DNA of 64,000 nucleotides from Alphaproteobacteria bacterium (GTDB lineage Bacteria; Pseudomonadota; Alphaproteobacteria; SP197): NCBI GenBank assembly GCA_964291415.2, contig OZ219920.1, positions 448,001 to 512,000 of the forward strand, read 5' to 3'. Shown piece by piece: positions 57,646 to 64,000 of this stretch (position 1 is its first letter; each line of letters starts with the position of its first letter). The notes under the pieces were generated by a model. It saw only the letters and a program-made list of their open reading frames with translations, ran no database searches and was not told where the DNA came from. The position numbers and the translations under genes were made by a program.

Positions 57646-58845
57646 TCACATCAGCTCTCCCAGCACGTGCTCGAGCTCGTCGGGCGCGCTGAGAAAGGCA
57701 AGGAATCCCTTGTCCCACACGGCGCAGGTGCGGTCCTTGGCCAGAATCCAACCGCTCCCGTATGCGTCTCCGCCATAGTGATGGTTCACAAGCATGCGCA
57801 ATCCGTGGAGCATTTCGATGGACTTGCGATCGAACTCGAAAGCCGTGGCGTGCAGAAAACCATCGTCCCAGGAGTCGACAAGTATCAGCGGGGGCCTTGG
57901 CCTCGCGCTCCGTGCGTCGCCCAGCCAGGTATTGAGGTGCAGATCCACGAGACCGCAACCGATCACGTAGATGATGTCGGCTGCCAGCGCGTCGCGAGCC
58001 ATGCTCGCGTAGTAGTGCGAAAACGGCTGCTGCTGCAAGCGCGAGAGTTTTTCAAGACCGGTGACGACCGCGGTACGCGTCACCTCGCTGCCATCCATCC
58101 TCCGCCCTCCCGTCCCCGTAAACGACGCGTGCTTCAGCGCCGCAGCCCGATCGTCGAACCAATAGAGGGCGCCCAGCTCCGCATCCCGCTTCGGCGGGAC
58201 AGGAAAACCCAGATGCACCGAGCCGTGCAGGTGGAAGGCGCAGTCGTCATCGACCGTCTGCCAGAAGGATCGCGCGTCGAAGCGTTTGGGATCCCGGCTC
58301 GCCGCACGCGCGAATCCCGTGTACAGATCGGGCGCCGCCTGCAGAAGGAAGTCGTCGTAGTTGGTGGTATAGATGCGGGCAACATGATCCTGTCGCAATC
58401 CGGCGATGAACCCGGCGAGCGGTCCGAGATTCCTCGCGGGACGGTCGCAGACCGTCGATAGCTCGGCGTAGATGAACTCCGCCATTCGCCCGACCAGCGC
58501 TCGCAATGCCTCCTCATCCGCCGAAAACCGCCGTTCGATGAACGGCACCAGGATCGGCCGGAACTCATCCACGGCGCGCGGGTCCGGCTGGAAGGTGAAC
58601 AGCAGCTCGTGGGCGCAGTGGTAAATGTGCTCGAACGTAACCGCACTAGCGCCGCCTTGGAGATAACCGGCCAGCATCGCGCGGATCTCCCGGTAGGCTC
58701 CATCTCCGCCGCAGCACTTCATCCAGTCGTCGGCCATCACCCTTGCTTCGACAAGCTGCGTCAGCTTCGCGGTGCTGGGCGCTCCGAATTCGAGCGAGGC
58801 GCCCGCCCCCGCGAGAACCAATGCACGCTTCTTCCGCTTCCCCAC
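57646..58845 (-). CDS. SIR2-like domain protein (399 aa)
   Basis: LAGAGAS, TTNYDD, HLHGSV, IGCGLVDLHLN. Confidence 0.85.
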   Translation of the reverse strand: MGKRKKRALVLAGAGASLEFGAPSTAKLTQLVEARVMADDWMKCCGGDGAYREIRAMLAGYLQGGASAVTFEHIYHCAHELLFTFQPDPRAVDEFRPILVPFIERRFSADEEALRALVGRMAEFIYAELSTVCDRPARNLGPLAGFIAGLRQDHVARIYTTNYDDFLLQAAPDLYTGFARAASRDPKRFDARSFWQTVDDDCAFHLHGSVHLGFPVPPKRDAELGALYWFDDRAAALKHASFTGTGGRRMDGSEVTRTAVVTGLEKLSRLQQQPFSHYYASMARDALAADIIYVIGCGLVDLHLNTWLGDARSARPRPPLILVDSWDDGFLHATAFEFDRKSIEMLHGLRMLVNHHYGGDAYGSGWILAKDRTCAVWDKGFLAFLSAPDELEHVLGELM

Positions 58846-59381
58846 GAACCTTCTCCCGCTAATCCAGTATGGCCGATAGCACCGAATCGCCCGCTACATC
58901 TCGTCGATCATGCCCAATCCCGACACCCGCGGACATGCCGAAACGGGCCGCGCCGCACGGCCCGATGGTCGGTAAGGGAACCCGAATTGAGTTCACGGGT
59001 GCCAACACGGGCGACCAAACGAGTTTCCGGCTCATGGTCTTTGCACCAAAGCGAGCTGCACCATAGACGGTACTGTGAACGACACCCACGACGGATTGGG
59101 TCCGTTCGTTCCGAACGACTGCGAGAGTCTGTCCCATACGTTCGCGGAGGACGGCGGCACGATTGCGGTCACCGAGCGAATCGGGTTTCGTTTCGAGACG
59201 TCGCCAACCTGGAGCTCCAGTCGGCCGTTCCACTGCGAGGGCCACACGGCGCAAAGGTAGCGAAAGGTCGACGGCCGGGCAGCCGTCAGCTCGAACGGCA
59301 GAAAGCCACCGGGCAGAATGCGAACCGCATAGCCTTGACTGCCCGGACCACCGACAGGCGCAGCAACAGAGAGCACCGACA

Positions 59382-60404
59382 GTGAGCCACGAAGACGCAC
59401 CGGAGTTCCTTCCCGCCGAAGGGAGTCTCATCGGCGGGTTCTCCAGGGACAAGCCAGGACGCATTACGGAAGCGCTGCAGGACATGACGCTCGCCGTCAA
59501 CGGGATGGCGATGCAGTTCGGGAAGAGTGGCACCGGACAGGGCGAGGAGTGGGCAACGGCGATGGCCGCTTTCGCTCGGGCCTCTTCGATATTCCTCCGG
59601 AAGACCGTGCTCGGCGACTTCGGCAAGAAACAGACGCGCCTGCTCGACGACGACGTGCTGAACACGCTCGGCCTGCGGTTTCACCGTCTCGTGACGATCC
59701 CGCGCGAGTTGCGGAGACCCATCCGGATCGAGTTCGGGGGTATCAGGGGCGGCGCGTTGTACCTCACGAAGCTGAATGACGAGACAGGGGAACCGGAAGA
59801 GACGTTTGCCGCGCCCATGGGTCCTCAGACATTGGAGATCGTCATCCAATGGCCCCTTCCGGGAGCAATCGGTTGGACCGGGGTGCCCACCGCGCAGCAA
59901 CCCTGGCTGATTGTTCCGGAGATGCTGTTCCGTCTCGACCAGGAGCCCGCGATGGACTGCGACCAATGGCTCGGCCAGCAGGTTGTGCTGTTCGACAAGC
60001 GAGGTATTTCGCTCAGGGAGATCATTCAGACCGTGGTCAACTTTGAAGCTGCGCACGCCGTGAGTACCAGCAGACTCGCGACCTTCGGGGGCGCGGCGCC
60101 GACCGCGGCGGCCCAGAACCCGGCACCGCACATCCTGAATGCGGTCACGTTCTGCGGCATCAGGTTTGCCCATCTCGTCGTGATCGAGTCCGCGATGTAT
60201 CTCTACGATACCCTCCTCGACAACAAGTCTGTCGCGCGTCCGAAAGGCGATCTCTACCGGATGAAGCTGGGCGTCGGGTGGGACAGCGAAGAGAACGGGT
60301 CCGAAACGCCCCGCTGGGCGCGCTTCCAGGGAACCATGATGGTCGCTTTCCACAACGCGCCAATGGTGACACGCCATGAGATCCGGCCGGTCGGAAAGGG
60401 ATAG
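59382..60404 (+). CDS. Hypothetical protein with a possible HEPN-like motif
   Basis: Open 340-aa frame with natural composition; REIIQTVVNFEAAH; start uncertain. Confidence 0.65.
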   Translation: MSHEDAPEFLPAEGSLIGGFSRDKPGRITEALQDMTLAVNGMAMQFGKSGTGQGEEWATAMAAFARASSIFLRKTVLGDFGKKQTRLLDDDVLNTLGLRFHRLVTIPRELRRPIRIEFGGIRGGALYLTKLNDETGEPEETFAAPMGPQTLEIVIQWPLPGAIGWTGVPTAQQPWLIVPEMLFRLDQEPAMDCDQWLGQQVVLFDKRGISLREIIQTVVNFEAAHAVSTSRLATFGGAAPTAAAQNPAPHILNAVTFCGIRFAHLVVIESAMYLYDTLLDNKSVARPKGDLYRMKLGVGWDSEENGSETPRWARFQGTMMVAFHNAPMVTRHEIRPVGKG

Positions 60405-60563
60405 CGAGACCCATTGGATATAGATTTCCAACGGCAGCGCCGGTGACGATCGCGCTTCCGGCGACCGAGGCGATCGATTCAATTCAATGCGGTGGCCGCC
60501 GTCACCTGGACACTCGACGTTCGTGATCCCGACAAGCAGTCCTCCGGTGAGAGTGCGTCGGCT

Positions 60564-63539
60564 CTACAACCCGAGTCCGCGATCGACGCCCTTCGGCGTG
60601 CGTGCCTGCTCCATTTCGGGCACCGGGGTTCGCTCTTCCTCCCGGGGCGCCGGAGCACCGCCTTCAAGGCCAGCATTTCGGCCCGCCCCCAATCCGGCCT
60701 CGCGCCCCTTCGCACGCTCCGGTTCGACAGCTTCGAGCGCCGCGATGCGCTCGCCGGTGGCCGCTTCGAGCTGCTCCTTGAGCGCCGCCTTGTCGTCGGT
60801 GACGAGCTCGGCCCGGTCCCGCGCGCGGGAGATCTCGACGTAGAACGACTTCTGCGTGGTGAGGTGGGGGTGGTTGGCCTCCATCGCGGCGATCACGGTG
60901 TCCACCGTGCGGCCCTGGAACGCGTGCACGGTGGAGGCCCAGGCGCGGTCGACATGGCGGAGCTGCGGGTCCCCGGGGGCGAGGTCGAGCGTGCGCCCGT
61001 CCTCGAGGCGGAACGTCACCCTGCCGTCCCTGACCGCCGCGACCTCGGCGGTGCCGCTGTTGACGAGCCCAAGCCCGGCGTCGTTCCGGGTCCAGCGGAT
61101 CCGGTCGCCGGTGCGGAGCTCCATCTCCTCGCTGCGGTACACCTCGACGCCGCCGGCGCGGGCCGCGATCCGGTTGGGCTCCCAAGCAACGGAGCGCCCG
61201 TCCGTTCCCTCCAGATTCACCATTCGCGTCCGGCGGTCCACCCCGGCGACGCGCAGCTCGTCGCCCTTGTCGACCCCGAGACGCTTGTAGGGGCGGTGGA
61301 ACGCAACCGTGTCGCCGGGCCGGTAGTTGGCGGCGAGGGTCTTCTCGGCGTTGGTGTAGCCCCGCGAGACGAGGCGTTCGACTGTCGTGGCGGGGCCGTG
61401 CACCGCGCCGTCGCGCACCAGGCGTTCGCGGACGATGGCGTTGATGTTCTCGCGCAAGCCGTGGCTCGGGGCCATCAGCCCGGCGTTGGCCCGCTCCTCG
61501 GGCGAGAGCGCGAGCCAGCGCGCGGCGGCGGCGCCCGCGAGGTTGTCGGGCTTCACTTCGGCCACATTCTCCCCCAGCTTGTCGAATGCGCGTGCGACGT
61601 CGCCCGCGAGGCTCGCCTCGACGGCTTCCTTCAGCGCCGGGTCGCGCTGGCGCATGATCTCGTCCATTACGGCGGTCTTCATGCCGGCGGCCTGGAGTTG
61701 GGCGAAGGGCTTGCCGGCGTCCACGGCGTCGAGCTGCTTCGCGTCGCCCACCAGCACCACGCGGGGGATCCGGAGCGCGTCCGCGATGCGGAGCAGGTTC
61801 CGGGCCTGAACTGTGGAGGCGAGCGAGCCCTCGTCCACGACCAGCGCGGTCTTCGCGAACTGAGCCCGCATGTCCTTCTCGCCCTTCCTGGTCATGCGCC
61901 CTTCGGCGACCCCGGCGTAGCGGGCGAGGAAACGCTGGAGGGTTTCCGAGCCGATGCCGGCCTCGCCTTCGAGGGTGCGCGCGGCCGAGGCCGAGGGCGC
62001 GAGTCCCCGGACCTCATAGCCCTTCTTCTCCAGCAGCCCGCGGGCGCGCCGCAGCATGGTGGTCTTGCCCGAGCCGGCGTAGCCCTGGACGCCGACCGTG
62101 CGATCGTCCGACGACAGGATCAGCTTCACCGCCTCCTTCTGGCCGGCGGTCAGCGGGCCGCCCCAGAGCGCCTTGTCGACGGCGCGGGCGCGCATCGGCA
62201 CGGCACCCCGGCGCTCGCCCGCCCGCATCAGCGCGATGGTCTCGCGCTCGTCGGCGACGGCGCGGTCGGTGGTGAGCAGCCCCTCGGCGCCCGGCAGACG
62301 GGCGGCGTGCAACGTCCCGGCTTGCTCGCGGGCCGCCACCTCGCGTTCGATGTCCCCGATCCGCGCCGCGCCGGGGCCGTGGGCGAGCGCGGCGGCGAGC
62401 AGGTCGGTGCGGGCGAACACCGCCTCGCGCTCGGAAAGATGGGCGACGGCCCATTCCACGGCCTGCGCCGCCGGCGACCCGGCTGCTTCGTCCCGCGCTG
62501 TTGCGGAGTCCGCTTCCACGGCCGCGCCTGCGCCGGGCATGGCTCCGTTGCCCCCATCCGGCCCCGCTTCCCGTCCCCGGCCCGGCTCCGTCCCCGCGTC
62601 CCGGCCGGCCTCCCGCGATCTCGCTTCGCCGGCAAGCGCAGGGGCATCGAACCCGAGCGCGGCGGCCTGCCGCTCCCAGCTCTCCCTGAGCTCGTCACGG
62701 TCGACGTCGCGCTTGGCGGCGCGGGTCATCAGCGCCGCGCGCTGGGCGAGGCGCTGGTCGTCCGCGGTATCGCCGCCGCCGCGCTCGGCGACCGCCGCCT
62801 CGATCTCGGCGCGCCGGGTCGAGAAGGCTTCCACGACCTCGCGCGAGACGCCCGCGATCTCGAAGCGTCCGTCGGCATGGGTCTTCTCGATCCCGTATCC
62901 GAGCCGTGCGAGGCCGGCGGCGAGCTCGCTGCGGTAGAGCGCGCCCAGCAGCATCTTCGACCGGTACAGCTTCTCGTTGGCCATCGAGCGCCACTTGCCG
63001 TCCTCCCCCTGCACCATGTTGGCGATCACCGCGTGGGTGTGGAGCGCGGGATCGAGGTTGCGCGAGGTGTCGTGGCGGAAGGTGGCGATCACCGTCTTCT
63101 GGCCGCCGGTGCGGGCCATGCGCCCGGTCTCGGGGTCCTTCATCCGGGTCTCGGCGACGTTCCGCTCCAACCAGGAGAGCGTGCGCGCGACGGCCCGGTC
63201 GTGGGCGTCGACCACGCGGGCGTCGCCGCCTACGAGCGCCGCGAGCGACACGGACTTCGGGGCCGAGAGGGTGAGGTCGCGGCCGGGGCGGTGCGTGATT
63301 TCGCCGTCCTTGCCGCGGCGACCCAGGCGGGTGTCCGAGCCGTCCGGCACCTTGCCTTCGAGCACCGCGCGGAAGGCGCCGGGATCGACCGGCCCGGTCA
63401 GCCCGAGCTCGTCCGCCCCCCTGCCGGCCCAGGCGCTCGCCTCCCGGTGCTCCGGATCGTCCTTCGCGTAGTAGCCGTCGCGCTCGTAGTAGCTCGCACC
63501 CTGGGCCGGAGCGGCGACGGCCCCGATCGAGGCGACCAT
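60564..63539 (-). CDS. trwC: MOBF relaxase-helicase (TrwC/TraI type)
   Basis: SYYERDGYY, DLTLSAPKSVS, HDTSRNLDPALHTH, FSTRR, GYAGSGKT, VDEGS, STVHAFQG. Confidence 0.95.
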   Translation of the reverse strand: MVASIGAVAAPAQGASYYERDGYYAKDDPEHREASAWAGRGADELGLTGPVDPGAFRAVLEGKVPDGSDTRLGRRGKDGEITHRPGRDLTLSAPKSVSLAALVGGDARVVDAHDRAVARTLSWLERNVAETRMKDPETGRMARTGGQKTVIATFRHDTSRNLDPALHTHAVIANMVQGEDGKWRSMANEKLYRSKMLLGALYRSELAAGLARLGYGIEKTHADGRFEIAGVSREVVEAFSTRRAEIEAAVAERGGGDTADDQRLAQRAALMTRAAKRDVDRDELRESWERQAAALGFDAPALAGEARSREAGRDAGTEPGRGREAGPDGGNGAMPGAGAAVEADSATARDEAAGSPAAQAVEWAVAHLSEREAVFARTDLLAAALAHGPGAARIGDIEREVAAREQAGTLHAARLPGAEGLLTTDRAVADERETIALMRAGERRGAVPMRARAVDKALWGGPLTAGQKEAVKLILSSDDRTVGVQGYAGSGKTTMLRRARGLLEKKGYEVRGLAPSASAARTLEGEAGIGSETLQRFLARYAGVAEGRMTRKGEKDMRAQFAKTALVVDEGSLASTVQARNLLRIADALRIPRVVLVGDAKQLDAVDAGKPFAQLQAAGMKTAVMDEIMRQRDPALKEAVEASLAGDVARAFDKLGENVAEVKPDNLAGAAAARWLALSPEERANAGLMAPSHGLRENINAIVRERLVRDGAVHGPATTVERLVSRGYTNAEKTLAANYRPGDTVAFHRPYKRLGVDKGDELRVAGVDRRTRMVNLEGTDGRSVAWEPNRIAARAGGVEVYRSEEMELRTGDRIRWTRNDAGLGLVNSGTAEVAAVRDGRVTFRLEDGRTLDLAPGDPQLRHVDRAWASTVHAFQGRTVDTVIAAMEANHPHLTTQKSFYVEISRARDRAELVTDDKAALKEQLEAATGERIAALEAVEPERAKGREAGLGAGRNAGLEGGAPAPREEERTPVPEMEQARTPKGVDRGLGL

Positions 63540-63540
63540 C

Positions 63541-64000
63541 TCAGATCGCTATCCCCGGCCCCGTGCCGGGGAGCCCGCCTTCTTTCGCCTCGCCGTCCCG
63601 ATCTTGCGGTCCGCCGTCCGCGGCCTCTCCGGCGTCCGCCGGGGCATCCTCCGCCTCGCCGGGCAGCGGCGCGGGCTCCGGCCCGTCCCCGGGCGGCGCG
63701 GAGTCCGGCGCGCCGTCCTTCGCCGGCGACGGGTCTACGGGCTCTGTATCCGCCTCCTCCGGCAGGGCGGGGAACGCGATATCCGCGTCGCCGCCGGGAT
63801 CGGCGACCGGCGCCGATGCGGCGACTTCGGCGTCGTCCGCACGACCGGGTGGCTCGGCCCGGTCCTCGCGCGGCACGAACCGCTCCGCCGCCTTCGGGCG
63901 GGAGACGTATTTCAGGCGGATCGAGGCGACCGGGAAGGGGCCGGGGAACTTGAGATAGCCCTCCAGGTTGGCGAGCCGCATGATCTCGGAGGGGAGCGCC
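63541..64000 (-). CDS. Type IV coupling protein (TrwB/TraD-like), C-terminal part; runs off the window
   Basis: LPSEIMRLANLEGYLKFPGPFPVA followed by an acidic tail; directly upstream of the relaxase. Confidence 0.82.
   Translation of the reverse strand, partial: ALPSEIMRLANLEGYLKFPGPFPVASIRLKYVSRPKAAERFVPREDRAEPPGRADDAEVAASAPVADPGGDADIAFPALPEEADTEPVDPSPAKDGAPDSAPPGDGPEPAPLPGEAEDAPADAGEAADGGPQDRDGEAKEGGLPGTGPGIAI

Larger units (their letters stand above)
21712..64000. mobile_element. Integrative conjugative/mobilisable element (MOBF); left end apparently deleted, right end beyond the window
   Basis: Tyrosine integrases, ParB, SSB, primase, RadC, methylase-helicase, TrwC-like relaxase and TrwB-like coupling protein. 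Confidence 0.85.

Noticed and set aside
1-64000. CRISPR array, tRNA, rRNA or a tRNA-type att site
   Set aside because: No regularly spaced repeat-spacer pattern or RNA-gene signature seen by eye

Overview
High-GC (roughly 65-72%, by eye) alphaproteobacterial-looking DNA in two parts. (1) 1-21.7 kb is chromosomal: smc and dsbA, then a toxin-antitoxin hotspot (BrnTA with an amber-inactivated toxin, two AbiE pairs plus an AbiE remnant, GNAT/DUF1778, a truncated PIN) interleaved with duplicated blocks, an Opp/Dpp-type ABC transporter and a Rieske oxygenase plus OYE-type flavoprotein pair. (2) 21.7 kb to the window end is an integrative conjugative or mobilisable element. It has tandem tyrosine integrases, the first split exactly in its HDLRH motif by a RIT (recombinase-in-trio) element, two SIR2-domain defence candidates, and a ~24 kb co-oriented backbone/leading region (PAPS-reductase-like, AAA+/DUF3150/vWA triad, ParB, GHKL, strawberry-notch methylase-helicase, RadC, SLOG, SSB, AlkB, primase, DUF4326-NADAR, DUF2493). 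It ends with a candidate oriT carrying an R388-like hairpin, an RHH protein, a MOBF relaxase and the end of a coupling protein. Most notable: the element's ParB ends, after a long disordered linker, in DDPLDIPEFLRRVH, an apparent mimic of the FtsZ C-terminal peptide; the RIT junction shows two different 6-bp spacers and an extra external palindrome; and there is a DUF4326-NADAR/AlkB/SLOG cluster in the putative leading region. About a dozen small indels between 33.7 and 48.5 kb look like read or assembly errors. All family calls come from motif recognition by eye; no searches were run.
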